Below are positions 28,756 to 39,812 of a stretch of DNA of 64,000 bases, piece by piece (within the stretch, counting starts at the first letter, position 1; each line of letters begins with the position of its first letter). The notes under the pieces are model-generated. The model was not told the origin of the DNA. It searched no databases and saw nothing but the letters and a program-made list of their open reading frames with translations. This DNA comes from Gammaproteobacteria bacterium (GTDB lineage: Bacteria > Pseudomonadota > Gammaproteobacteria > Eutrophobiales > Eutrophobiaceae): positions 3,232,001 to 3,296,000 of the forward strand of contig CBDCTH010000012.1 in NCBI GenBank assembly GCA_965222155.1, read 5' to 3'. Made by a program: the position numbers and the translations under genes.

Positions 28756-31455
28756 ATGGAACTGAAACTTGAGGAACTCTCATATCAGCGCGAGGTTATA
28801 GACGCCGTCGTGCGCCTGTTTGAGGGACAGCCGCGCAACACATTCGATATGGCTTGCCGCGCAGGTGTGCGAAGCAACGTCCTCACCATCCCCACCGGGC
28901 AGGTCCGCGAGAACCTCCTCGCAGCCATCGAAGACAGCGGCATTGACGAAGAAACGGCTTCTCTCGACGAAGCCCTGGACTTCTGTATCGAGATGGAGAC
29001 AGGTACCGGCAAGACTCTAGTCTACCTCAAGACGGCCTACCAACTCTACCGCCAATACGCCTTCACGAAGTTCATCATCCTCGTTCCCTCCGTCGCCATC
29101 AAGGAGGGCGTCCTGTCCACTTTCGACGTGTTCAAACAACAGCTTGCCGACGTGTACGGCTTCACGCCCGCATGCTTCGAGTACGACAGCAAGCGCTTGA
29201 ATCGCGTGACGGCCTTCGTCGAGGAGCAGCATCCCCAAATAATGGTGATGACGCTCCAGTCCTTCAATGCGGAGGACCGTATTCTTAACCAAACCCAGCG
29301 GGAAAATCTCTTCTTCAATATGCCCTTCATCGAGGCGATTGCGCACACGCGCCCGATCATCATCATGGACGAGCCGCAAGAGGGCATGGACACGGAGAAC
29401 ACCATCGCTCGTATCGACGCCCTCAAGCCGCTATGCAGGCTCCGCTATTCCGCGACACACAAGGTCATGCGGAATCTCGTGTACAGACTGACACCGTTTG
29501 ACAGCTATCAGCAGGGCCTCGTGAAAAAGATCGAGGTTCTGACTGTTGCAGAGCAAAACCAGGAAGCGACGTTGCGCGTCGAGCTAGTCGAAGTGAAAAC
29601 GTATCAGGATGGTAAGCCGCCGAGAGCGAAGCTGCGCCTCTGGTACGCAAAGCGAGACGGCTCGTTCACCTCCCGCGAGTCTCCATTTCTCAAGGTCGGC
29701 GACGATCTCGAAGAGAAGACGGGCAACGTCGGCTATCGGGGCTATGTTATTCGCCGCATCTCGAAGCTGCTTCGCGAGCGCACTTACCGCTGCGAATTTG
29801 AGAATGGCGCCGTCGTGGTCGAAAAAGAGAAAGCCGCCGACCTGGAGGGCATCTTCGGGGAGCAGCTCTATTGGCTGATCGATAGCCATTTCACGAAGCG
29901 TGACCGACTTGCGCCCTAGGGGATCAAGTGCTTGTCCCTCATCTTCATTGATCGTGTGGACAACTACGTCCAATCGGACGGCATCATTCGCCGTATCTTC
30001 GCCGAGAAATATCGACAGGTTTGCCGGGAGAAACTGAATCGCGAGTCTAGCGAGGAAGAAATAGCTGCCGTGCAGGGCTACTACTTCGCGCAGACCAGAA
30101 AGGGCGAGTACACCGACAACGAGCGTTCCATGCGCACGAACAAGGAGCTTTTCGACCTCATCTTGAAACAGAAGGAAGAATTGCTGCGCATTGGGAATCC
30201 GGTTGAGTTCATATTCTCGCATTCCGCCTTAGGCGTGGGATGGGACAATCCCAACGTGTTCAATATCGCGGCGCTCAACCAGAGCTACAGTGAGATAAAG
30301 AAGCGGCAAGAGATCGGTCGCGGACTTCGCATCTCCGTCAACCAAGAGGGCCGGCGCGTCTATGACGCAGATGACTGCCCGGAAGGCGATGAGATCAACC
30401 TACTGACGATTGTTCCGAACGAGACTTATGAAACTTTCGTGAGTCAATACCAGAGCGAAATCAACGAGGTATATGGAACAACTGCTTCCGGCGCGAAGAC
30501 AAGGCATAAGAAGAAGGATGCACACCCACGCAAGCGGCGCGTGAGAAGGAACGATGCGGTCTATGAAAGCGATTCCTTTCGTGAATTCTGGCGGCGTTTG
30601 AGTCTGCGCACCGACTACACGGTTGTCATAGATGAAGAAGCCGTTGTCACCCGTGCCGCCGAGGCCCTGAACGCCCTGAAGATTGAGCACTACACTGCTG
30701 AAGTAGCCCTCAACCGTGTTGAGCGGCTTGAAGCCAAAGGGGTGACGACACAGCACATGGGCAGCGAGAGCCGCCGCCTGCGTGCCACATTCGGGGCGGT
30801 GGACCTGGTCGAGGAAATCAGCGAGGGAACATCACTCGCCTATCCGACAGCGATCCGAGTCCTGAGCGACGTAACCAATCGCGCTGCCATCGTCGCAAAC
30901 CCCACCCGCTTCATTCACGAAGCATCATCGCGAATCCGGGAAATTGAACTGGATGAACTACTTCGCGGCTTGACCTATGCACCCAGCGGCGAGGAGTTCG
31001 ACATCTCGCGGCTTGAGCCGAGTATCGTGACCTACGCGGACACCATCGAAACGCCAAACCGGGGCCTGTATGACCGTGTTGTGTTCGACAGCAGTTTTGA
31101 GCGGGCGTTTGCAGGGTTCGCCGACAACGATGACGAAGTTGTATGTTTTCTCAAGCTCCCGGCCTTCTACCGGATTCCAACCCCTATCGGCTCCTACAAT
31201 CCTGATTTCGGCGTTGTACTTCGACGAAAGCGCTTGCGGGACGGCGAAGAGTCCGAGTTCTACTTTGTTGTCGAAACAAAGGGCACGAACAGGCTTGCCG
31301 ACAAGAAGGCGCTTCGTGAGAGCGAGGTCTACAAGATCAAGTGCGCGATGAAGCACTTCGATGCGCTGGGGGTGGGCGCGCATGTCAACTACGACGCGCC
31401 CGTCAAGGAATATCCTGTTTTCAAGGATCGCGCCAAAGGAGTGATGCATGCCTGA
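28756..31455 (+). pseudogene. res: Type III restriction endonuclease Res subunit, in-frame TAG at 29917-29919
   Basis: EMETGTGKT, DEPQ, RYSATH, *GIKCLSLIFIDRV, GWDNPNVF, QEIGRGLR, YNPDF..VVETKG; both ORFs share a frame. Confidence 0.9.
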
Positions 31456-32638
31456 GAAAAGAAATTCCCATACGTCGGCAGTCACCGGTTCGGATACGAC
31501 TGCACTATTTGACCGGGTCGTAGTTATTCTCGAAGACGCCCGACGCCACGTAGCGCGGACGGTCAACAACACAATGGTTGTCGCGTATTGGCTGATTGGG
31601 CGAGAGATTGTGCAGGAACTGCAAGGGGGAGCGGGCAAAGCCGAATACGGGAAACAGGTCATTGCCGATCTTTCTCGCCGGCTCACAGAGCGCTATGGCA
31701 GGGGATTTTCCGTTCCGAACGTGCGCAACTTCCGGCAGTTCTATCTGGTTTACCAACAACGCGTTCTGGAGATTCGCTACCCGGCGGGTAGTGAATTTGG
31801 ACATGGGCCAGAAAACCGCTACCCAGCGGGTAGCGCGTCTGAGGAAGGTCGCCCAATGGGTGGCGAAGCCATACAGAAACAACACCCAACGGGCATTGAA
31901 TCGACACAAGGCTTCCACCCCGATCTAAGCTGGTCGCACTATCGCGCCCTGATGCGCGTAGAGAACGAGGAGGCGCGGCAATTCTATGAGCAGGAAGCCG
32001 CCCGCAACCGCTGGAACAAGCGGCAGCTTGAACGACAGATCAACACCTTGCTCTTTGAACGCCTGCTCAAGAGCCGCGACAAGGACGGTATGCTGCAACT
32101 CGCCAATGAAGGACAGGCGACCGAACATCCTATCGACATCATAAAAGATCCTTATGCCTTGGAGTTCTTAGGGCTTCCTGAGTCACATCGATTGCTCGAA
32201 AGCGATCTGGAAACGGCCCTTACGAACCACATGCAGGAGTTTCTGCTGGAATTAGGATCTGGATTTGCCTTCGTGGCCCGACAGAAGCGACTCACGTTGG
32301 ATGGGGACCATTTCTATGCGGACCTGGTCTTCTATCACGTACACCTCAAGTGCTATGTGATCATCGACTTGAAAACAGAAAAGCTCACTCATGGCGACAT
32401 CGGCCAGATGCAGATGTACGTTCACTATTTTGATCGTGAAGTATCCACCCAGGAGGACAACCCTACGATTGGCTTGATCCTCTGCACCGACAAGAACGAC
32501 GCCGTCGTCGAATACGTGCTCGACAAGGGCAACGAACGTATTTTTGCCAGTCGTTACAAGCTGGAATTTCCGCCCAAGGAAGAACTGCGCAGACTACTTC
32601 TGGAATGGCGCTCCGAGAACGAAGAAGACAAGTCATGA
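31448..32638 (+). CDS. YhcG/DUF1016 PD-(D/E)XK nuclease family protein
   Basis: YW.IG.EIV, LSWSHY, IKDPY.LEFL, FLLELG.GFAFV.RQ, GQMQMYV.YFD, NPTIGLILC. Confidence 0.92.
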   Translation: MPEKRNSHTSAVTGSDTTALFDRVVVILEDARRHVARTVNNTMVVAYWLIGREIVQELQGGAGKAEYGKQVIADLSRRLTERYGRGFSVPNVRNFRQFYLVYQQRVLEIRYPAGSEFGHGPENRYPAGSASEEGRPMGGEAIQKQHPTGIESTQGFHPDLSWSHYRALMRVENEEARQFYEQEAARNRWNKRQLERQINTLLFERLLKSRDKDGMLQLANEGQATEHPIDIIKDPYALEFLGLPESHRLLESDLETALTNHMQEFLLELGSGFAFVARQKRLTLDGDHFYADLVFYHVHLKCYVIIDLKTEKLTHGDIGQMQMYVHYFDREVSTQEDNPTIGLILCTDKNDAVVEYVLDKGNERIFASRYKLEFPPKEELRRLLLEWRSENEEDKS

Positions 32639-34659
32639 ACAAGACCATTATGGATCGAATGCCGACCACGCCGAATGTGAACCAGGAACGTCTGGAACAT
32701 CTCCGAGCGCTTATGCCGGATCTGTTTACCAACGATGGGGTTCTCAACCCGGACGAGTTGAAACGCCTCATCGACCCCGACTTGGCGCCGTCGTCCGAGC
32801 GCTTTGAATTCCGTTGGTTTGGGAAGGCCAACGCGAAGCGCAACGCCTTCACGCCGACGCTCGCAACGTTGGAGTACGATCACGAGCGCTCTGTGAATCC
32901 AGAGCTTGCTGAGGGGAACGCGATCATTGAGGGAGAGAATCTCGAAGTCTTGAAATGCCTGCTCGCCTCGTACCGCAATCAGGTCAAATGCATCTACATT
33001 GATCCGCCGTACAACACAGGAAATGACTTCGTCTATTCTGATGCTTGGGATGAGGACAAAGAGTCCTATTGGGAGCACGTTGGCATCACGGAAGGCGGTG
33101 TCAAAGTAGACACCAATACAAAGGCCGATGGACGCTTTCACTCAAATTGGCTAAGCATGGTCTATCCGCGACTCCTTATGGCTCGCCAACTACTTTCTCA
33201 GACAGGCTATATCGTCGTTAGCATTGATGATGCGGAACTACACAATCTCAGACGGGTACTCGATGAAACGTTTGGCGAGGATAATCACATTGCTACACTT
33301 GTCTGGGATCGTAACAGAAAGAACGATGCGAAGTTCTTCTCCGTTGGACATGAATACATGGTTGTTTACGCGAAGGATAAGTACCTTTTGCGAGATCAGG
33401 GAGTGGCCTTGCGCGTAGAAAAGGACGGGGTGGGTGAGGTACGCACGCTATTTGAAGGTCTACGTGCGAAACACGGTGACGATTGGGGCAAGGTGCGAGA
33501 GGAGCTCCAGGCTCTCTATGCTTCATGGAGCGATGACGACATCAGAAAGCCTCTTACCAGATTCAGCAAGGTCGATGAGTGTGGCCCCTATCGCGACGAT
33601 GGAAACATAAACTGGCCAGGCGGGGGTGGTCCTCGCTACGAGGTTCTGCACCCTCGCACACAGAAGCCATGTAAGCTCCCCGTTAGCGGCTGGCGTTTTC
33701 CTACGCCTGAACGTTTCTGGGAGGAATATGAACACGGGCACATCGTTTTTGGGCCAGATGAAAGAACTATCCCCAGTATTCGAACCAATTTGTTCGAGAA
33801 AACCACTCAGGTAATGCGGAGCGTTTTTTTCAGCTACGCACAGACTGCATCCAATGAATTTGTGGAACTCTTTGATGGCAAACGCGTATTTGACAACCCC
33901 AAGCACTACGCCGATATCCGAAGGATCGTGGAATATCTAACCGAGCCAGGAGACATTGTCCTGGATTTCTTTGCTGGATCAGGAACAACCGGCCACGCGG
34001 TGATACAGCTGAACTCTGAGACCGATACACAGCCACGTCAGTTTATCTTGGTTCAGATTCCCGAAGCAGTTTCGAGCAAAGATACTGCTTTCAAGGCGGG
34101 GTTCAAACATATATCGGACATCACCATTGAGCGGAACAAACGTGTAGTCGCCCGCATGGACGAAGCGGCAGATGCAGCAGAACGCGAGGCTAAACAGCAG
34201 TTGCCTGGAATCGCCCTTCAGCAGAGCCCCGCCTATCGCTCGGGCTTCAAGGTCTACAGACTCGCCAAGTCTCGCTTTCCGCGTACCGAATTTGAACCAG
34301 ACCCCGAGAAGACGGATGAGGAAAACCTTGAAGCGCTTGATGCTTACATCCGAGAGAAAGAAGCAGCATTTCTGATGACTTTCGACCGGGATGACATCCT
34401 TCAGGAAGTCCTCCTCAAGAACGGTTTCATGCTCGACGTCCAGACGGAAGCCCTTGTCAACTTCACCGAGAACGCAGTCTTCCGCGCATGGGATTCGCTG
34501 AAGGAGGTGACAGTCTGCCTCGATTACAATCTGAAGGAGCAGACCATCGCCAAACTCAAAGGCATGGAAGGCATCTTCATCTGTCTTGAGCAAGCGCTCA
34601 ATACCACGAAGAAATGGAACCTCCGCGCTGAATTCGGAGAGAGACTGGTGGCATTCTGA
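32635..34659 (+). CDS. mod: Type III R-M adenine methyltransferase Mod
   Basis: IEGENLEVLK, IYIDPPYNTG, HS.WLSM.YPRL, FDNPK, VLDFFAGSGTTGHA. Confidence 0.93.
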   Translation: MNKTIMDRMPTTPNVNQERLEHLRALMPDLFTNDGVLNPDELKRLIDPDLAPSSERFEFRWFGKANAKRNAFTPTLATLEYDHERSVNPELAEGNAIIEGENLEVLKCLLASYRNQVKCIYIDPPYNTGNDFVYSDAWDEDKESYWEHVGITEGGVKVDTNTKADGRFHSNWLSMVYPRLLMARQLLSQTGYIVVSIDDAELHNLRRVLDETFGEDNHIATLVWDRNRKNDAKFFSVGHEYMVVYAKDKYLLRDQGVALRVEKDGVGEVRTLFEGLRAKHGDDWGKVREELQALYASWSDDDIRKPLTRFSKVDECGPYRDDGNINWPGGGGPRYEVLHPRTQKPCKLPVSGWRFPTPERFWEEYEHGHIVFGPDERTIPSIRTNLFEKTTQVMRSVFFSYAQTASNEFVELFDGKRVFDNPKHYADIRRIVEYLTEPGDIVLDFFAGSGTTGHAVIQLNSETDTQPRQFILVQIPEAVSSKDTAFKAGFKHISDITIERNKRVVARMDEAADAAEREAKQQLPGIALQQSPAYRSGFKVYRLAKSRFPRTEFEPDPEKTDEENLEALDAYIREKEAAFLMTFDRDDILQEVLLKNGFMLDVQTEALVNFTENAVFRAWDSLKEVTVCLDYNLKEQTIAKLKGMEGIFICLEQALNTTKKWNLRAEFGERLVAF

Positions 34660-34700
34660 AGATACAAGGAGGATGCAACGGCTGAACCGCTCTGCCGTGC

Positions 34701-36956
34701 ATGACAGAACATCGAATGAACATTGCCTTTGTTGAGATACAGAATTTCCGGAAGCTGAAGGCATGCCGCGTCGAGATCGCGCAACAGGAGACGATCTTCG
34801 TCGGCGCGAATAACAGCGGCAAGACATCCGCAATGGATGCTCTAATCCTCTTTCTCAAGCGGAGCCGCCGCAAGGACTTTGCGACTACGGATTTCACCCT
34901 TTCGAACTGGCTATGTCTTGATCAACTCGGAAAACAGTGGGTAGCTGCCGCCGATAATGAAGAACCAGAGCTCGCCGTTGATGCCTTGCTACCTCTGCTA
35001 CCCTCTATCGATGTTTGGCTCAATACCGACGAAAAAGACCTTCACCGTGTCGCGCATCTTCTCCCCACACTGGATTGGACACCCAAGGAATTGCTGGGAG
35101 TCAGGCTTGTGTTAGCACCAAAGAAGATGGAGCAACTTTACAAGGACTTCCGAAGTGCCTACAAATCGGCGCGTGACGCCGAGTCGGCTTCCACCAATGC
35201 AGAGTCGCCGCCGTCTCTATGGCCAAACTCAATGAGGGACTTTCTGGACAGACGGCTTCACAGCCAGTTTGAAGTCCAGTCCTACATTCTCGACCCTACG
35301 CATCGCCAAGATCCTGTGCAAGGAATCGCCAAGCCTCAGTCGCTGCCGCCCGACAGCGACCCGTTCAAGAAGGATCCATTCGATGGTCTCATCAAGCTTG
35401 ACGTAATCACTGCCCAGAGAGGCTTTTCCGATCCCAAGACAGAGGATGAGTCACACAGTGGCTTTGCGAGCCTTTCGACCCAGCTGCGCCGTTACTTCTC
35501 CAAGCACTTGAATCCATCAGAAGCCCCGGAGGCGAGTGATATCGAGGCGCTGGAGGCGATCGAAGCGGCGAAAACGGTATTCAACGAGACGTTAAAGACG
35601 AGCTTCAAGCCTGCCATTGGAGAACTTGAAGGTCTCAACTATCCGGGATTCAGTGACCCGAAAATCTCCATAACAAGCAAGATCGATCCACGCGACAGCC
35701 TTGATCACGAGGCCGCAGTACAGTTCGACCTGCCTGGAGCAGACTCGCTGTCCTTGCCCGAGAAATACAATGGACTGGGTTACCAGAACCTCATCTCGAT
35801 GGTATTCAACCTGATCCGATTCAGGGACGAATGGATGCGGATTGGGAAAGCGGCCGAGAGTCAAGACACCAAGGGTGCTGCTATTGAGCCCTTGCACGTC
35901 GTACTTGTTGAAGAACCCGAAGCTCATCTGCACGCGCAGGTTCAGCAGGTATTCATCAAGAAAGCCTACAAAGTGCTCCGGCGCCACGTTGCGCTTGCGG
36001 ATTCTTCCTTCAGCACGCAGATGATCGTCAGCACTCACTCATCACATATTGCTCATGAACTGGACTTCTCTTGCCTGCGCTACTTCCGTCGGGAACCAGC
36101 CAAGAAGAATGGGGAGATTCCCACGGCAACGGTTATCAATCTCTCGCAGACGTTCGACGACCACGATGAGACCTCGAAGTTCGCCACTCGTTATCTTCGG
36201 ACAACCCACTGTGATCTCTTTTTCGCCGATGCTGCCATCCTCGTGGAGGGTTCGGCTGAACGCATGTTGATCCCCCACTTCGTCCGGGAGATGTTCCCCA
36301 AGCTGGACCAAAGCTACATCTCGCTTCTTGAGATCGGGGGCGCCCATGCACATCGTTTGAAACCACTATTGGATACTCTTGGGCTTCTGTCTCTGGTCGT
36401 TACAGACTTGGACTCTATTCACAAAACTGACACTGCCAAGGCCCGTCCGGAGCGCGGCAAAGGCTACCGAACAGGAAATACCACACTCAAGGACTGGGTG
36501 CCCAAGAAGGAACCACTTGATGATCTGCTCGATCTGCCGCATGACGCGAAACAGACAGCGGATGGGCTCGTCAGGGTCGCATACCAGTGCCCTATCACTG
36601 TGGAATACAAGGAGGGTGAAAGTGAAGGAGAGGCGATACCCTATACGTTTGAGGATTCACTGGCCTTGACGAATCTTGCGCTTTTCCGGGGGTATGCAAA
36701 TCCGGCAGGCCTATTGAAAAAGCTCCAAGCGGCTCTCAGAAAGGACACCCTCGAAGATGCCAGCAACGATATGTTCGCCAACTTGGAGAAGGGCAGCAAG
36801 GCTGAGATGGCCTTGGAGCTACTCTACCTGAGTGAGCCGGATGAGCTAGAAGCGCCAGGCTACATCGCTGATGGCCTCAAGTGGCTTGAGAAGAACCTTG
36901 AGGCGAGAAAGGTTGACGCTATCTCGACAGAGGTGGCAGAGGTAAATGATGCCTGA
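34701..36956 (+). CDS. gajA: OLD-family ABC-ATPase/TOPRIM nuclease (Gabija GajA-like)
   Basis: VGANNSGKT, NGLGYQNL, VEEPEAHLH, STHS, LFFADAAILVEG.AE, TDLD, TFED; overlaps a UvrD gene. Confidence 0.82.
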   Translation: MTEHRMNIAFVEIQNFRKLKACRVEIAQQETIFVGANNSGKTSAMDALILFLKRSRRKDFATTDFTLSNWLCLDQLGKQWVAAADNEEPELAVDALLPLLPSIDVWLNTDEKDLHRVAHLLPTLDWTPKELLGVRLVLAPKKMEQLYKDFRSAYKSARDAESASTNAESPPSLWPNSMRDFLDRRLHSQFEVQSYILDPTHRQDPVQGIAKPQSLPPDSDPFKKDPFDGLIKLDVITAQRGFSDPKTEDESHSGFASLSTQLRRYFSKHLNPSEAPEASDIEALEAIEAAKTVFNETLKTSFKPAIGELEGLNYPGFSDPKISITSKIDPRDSLDHEAAVQFDLPGADSLSLPEKYNGLGYQNLISMVFNLIRFRDEWMRIGKAAESQDTKGAAIEPLHVVLVEEPEAHLHAQVQQVFIKKAYKVLRRHVALADSSFSTQMIVSTHSSHIAHELDFSCLRYFRREPAKKNGEIPTATVINLSQTFDDHDETSKFATRYLRTTHCDLFFADAAILVEGSAERMLIPHFVREMFPKLDQSYISLLEIGGAHAHRLKPLLDTLGLLSLVVTDLDSIHKTDTAKARPERGKGYRTGNTTLKDWVPKKEPLDDLLDLPHDAKQTADGLVRVAYQCPITVEYKEGESEGEAIPYTFEDSLALTNLALFRGYANPAGLLKKLQAALRKDTLEDASNDMFANLEKGSKAEMALELLYLSEPDELEAPGYIADGLKWLEKNLEARKVDAISTEVAEVNDA

Positions 36957-38832
36957 GGCAGTCGCTCAAGGGGATGAACTCAGAAAGACGATTGCGGCGT
37001 GTCTCGACCTGGAGAAGCCCAAGAGCTTCTTCCTCTATGCCGGCGCTGGCTCCGGCAAGACAAGGGCGGTCATTGAGGCAATGGACATCTTTCGGACCCG
37101 CTATGGCACGCAGTTCCGGCAGTCGGGCCAGAAAGTTGCTGTCATAACCTACACCAATGCCGCATGTGATGAGATTAGGCGCAGAACAGATTTCGATCCC
37201 ATCTTTGCCGTGTCCACGATCCACAGTTTTGCTTGGGAGCAGATCCGCACATACCACAAAGACATCTCTGCTTGGCTCCGCCTACGTCTGTCCAACGAAA
37301 TCACTGAACTTCGTGAGAGGCAAGCGTCCGGGAAGATGGGAACAAAGGCCGCTCTTGAGCGAGAAGTACAAATAGAGTCAAAGCAGAAGCGTCTTCAGCA
37401 TCTCAATATCATCAAGCAGTTCACCTACAACCCAAACGGCGAAAATGTAGGCAAGAACTCATTGAACCATGCTGAGGTCATAGCCATCTCAGCGGCGTTT
37501 CTCACCGATAAGCCACTCATGCGGCAGATACTGGTTCGGAAGTACCCCGTCCTGCTCATCGACGAAAGCCAGGACACACAGAAAGACCTGATTGATGCGT
37601 TCTTCGCCCTTCAGGCGGAGCATCCAGACCAGTTCAGTCTGTGTCTGTTCGGTGACACGATGCAACGCATCTTTGCGGACGGGAAAGTCGGATTGGAGCA
37701 GGCTGTCCCGGCAAATTGGGAGAAGCCTGCTATTGCAGTCAACCACAGGTGCCCCAAACGAATTGTGACGCTTCTCAACCAGATCAGATCGGAAGCGGAC
37801 GGCGCTCGGCAGGAGCCTAGGCAAGACGCGCAAGAAGGTGTCGTGCGACTGTTTCTGATCAATGATTTTGAGGGTATAGACAAACCGAAAGTCGAAGCGG
37901 AAGCGGCCAGGATAATGGCAGAGGCCACTTCCGATGACGGATGGATGAGCGAACAAGCAGCCAAAGTACTTACCCTCGAGCATCACATGGCCGCACGCAG
38001 GGGCGGCTTCGACCGTTTCTTTGAGCCACTCTACAAGGTAGACAAATTCAGGACCGGTCTGCTCGATGGAACTTTGAACGGGGTTGCTTTCTTCGCACAG
38101 CAGGTTCTTCCCTTGGTTCAAGCTATGCGATCCAAAGATAGGTTTGCTGTGGCTCGGGTCGTGAAGGATCACTCCCCGATCGTGTCTCCCGAAAGACTGA
38201 GCGGAAACGCGACTTCATTAGAGGAAATTCGCAAGGCTGGGAGGTCTGTGGAGTCCATGTTCTCCCTGTGGAACGATGGCGCAGATCCCATCCTGTTGGA
38301 TATTCTCGAGGTAGTTGATCACGAGGGCCTGTTCGGTATCCCCGATGTATTTGCGCCCATCCTGTCCGACTCTGATGGGCAGGGAGAAGAGGTAGAGTCA
38401 GTTCCCGCAGCTGCTGAAGACGACAGAAATCCTGAGGTCGATGCTTGGCAGGAAGCGCTTGCTGTCCCGTTCAGTCAGTTCGAAGCCTATGCAGAGTACA
38501 TCTCTGACAGGTCGCCTTTCGGAACACATCAAGGCATCAAAGGGCTGCAGTTCCCGCGAGTCATGGTCATCCTCGATGACAACGAAGCCCGCGGTTTCAT
38601 GTTCAGCTATGAGAAGTTGCTTGGGGCGAAAGCTCCGACGAACACAGATGAAAAGAACCGGCGTGAAGGGAAGGACACATCTGTAGACAGAACCCGACGT
38701 CTCTTCTACGTTACTTGCAGCAGGGCTCAGCGGAGCCTCGCCGTGATTGTGTACACGAAAGAGCCGGAAAAGGTCGCCAGCCATGTGTCCAGTGTTAGCT
38801 GGTTCGAGAACCAAGAAGTGGTCCGAATGTGA
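36946..38832 (+). CDS. gajB: UvrD-family helicase (Gabija GajB-like)
   Basis: AGAGSGKT, ITYTNAA, STIHSF, IDESQDT, GD.MQRI, THQGIKGLQF, RLFYVTCSRA. Confidence 0.82.
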   Translation: MMPEAVAQGDELRKTIAACLDLEKPKSFFLYAGAGSGKTRAVIEAMDIFRTRYGTQFRQSGQKVAVITYTNAACDEIRRRTDFDPIFAVSTIHSFAWEQIRTYHKDISAWLRLRLSNEITELRERQASGKMGTKAALEREVQIESKQKRLQHLNIIKQFTYNPNGENVGKNSLNHAEVIAISAAFLTDKPLMRQILVRKYPVLLIDESQDTQKDLIDAFFALQAEHPDQFSLCLFGDTMQRIFADGKVGLEQAVPANWEKPAIAVNHRCPKRIVTLLNQIRSEADGARQEPRQDAQEGVVRLFLINDFEGIDKPKVEAEAARIMAEATSDDGWMSEQAAKVLTLEHHMAARRGGFDRFFEPLYKVDKFRTGLLDGTLNGVAFFAQQVLPLVQAMRSKDRFAVARVVKDHSPIVSPERLSGNATSLEEIRKAGRSVESMFSLWNDGADPILLDILEVVDHEGLFGIPDVFAPILSDSDGQGEEVESVPAAAEDDRNPEVDAWQEALAVPFSQFEAYAEYISDRSPFGTHQGIKGLQFPRVMVILDDNEARGFMFSYEKLLGAKAPTNTDEKNRREGKDTSVDRTRRLFYVTCSRAQRSLAVIVYTKEPEKVASHVSSVSWFENQEVVRM

Positions 38833-39071
38833 AACACGCAGCATGCACACGGCTTGAAAGCAATTGATCGAATGAACGCAAGACATGAACAGAAGGCGAA
38901 GCAAGCGGACGTGCCAGCTACGCCTCTTGGCCAGTTTCTGTTAAAAAGCTATGCCTATAAGGACAACACGCTCGCTGTGTTCGTGTGAAGGCTGCCAGTC
39001 TGCCCGTGCTCCTGACAAACTGACCCAGCGTAGCGGTTTGACCGCGTTAATCATTCGGATATAATTCGAGC

Positions 39072-39758
39072 ATGGCGACCACACACTCCCATAATACCCA
39101 TAGCGCTCCGATCAGCAAGCGCAGCGCAGAGACTCTCGAAGCATTTGAAGCGATCATCCTTGCCGAGGGGTTCTCGCGGCTCAACGTCTCGGAGATCGCC
39201 GCGCGTCTCAGGTGTTCGAAGCGCACCCTCTATGAGATCGCCCCGAGCAAGAAGATGCTGGTGCTGAAGGCCCTGGACAACTTTTTCAACCGCATCAGGC
39301 AAGAAGCCGACCAGGTGACCGATAACACCTTGGATCCGGAACGTCAGGTCTACGAGTATCTTCAGGTTGGGGCGCGTGCCGCCGAGCGGTTGAACCAGGC
39401 TGTGGTCGCCGACATCCACGAATGGGAGCCGGCGCGAACGCTTTGGCGGGAGCACATCAGCCTGCGCGTCGACGGCATGTGCCGGATTATCGACAACGGT
39501 GTCAAGGCCGGCGTCTTCCGAGAAGTGCTACCGGCGTTCGTCGCCGAAATCGTGTTCGCCAGCATCAACCGATTGCGCGAACCTGACTTCAGCGATTCCA
39601 CGGGCCTGACGATCTCGGAGGCATTCCACGAGCTCTACGAAATGCTCCTGCACTCGCTCATGCATCGCAGCGGGCGGCTTGAGAGGGAGACGTTCAACTT
39701 GTCGCGGTCCGCGCGGCGGCGCATTTATCGGGAAGCAGGCTCGCGCTTGCCACGGTGA
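39072..39758 (+). CDS. TetR/AcrR family regulator
   Basis: EGF...VSEIAARL.CSKRTLY...SK HTH. Confidence 0.9.
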   Translation: MATTHSHNTHSAPISKRSAETLEAFEAIILAEGFSRLNVSEIAARLRCSKRTLYEIAPSKKMLVLKALDNFFNRIRQEADQVTDNTLDPERQVYEYLQVGARAAERLNQAVVADIHEWEPARTLWREHISLRVDGMCRIIDNGVKAGVFREVLPAFVAEIVFASINRLREPDFSDSTGLTISEAFHELYEMLLHSLMHRSGRLERETFNLSRSARRRIYREAGSRLPR

Positions 39759-39812
39759 GATCCGGAGCCGAGTCCTATCGGTGGCGGTTTCTGAATTACC
39801 TGCGATCCAGCC

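Noticed and set aside
695-29919. Amber recoding or pyrrolysine readthrough to explain the in-frame TAGs in dctM and res
   Set aside because: TAG terminates intact genes at their expected ends (CoA-transferase, mnmG, parB, coxL, TonB receptor), and no pyl genes are in the window.
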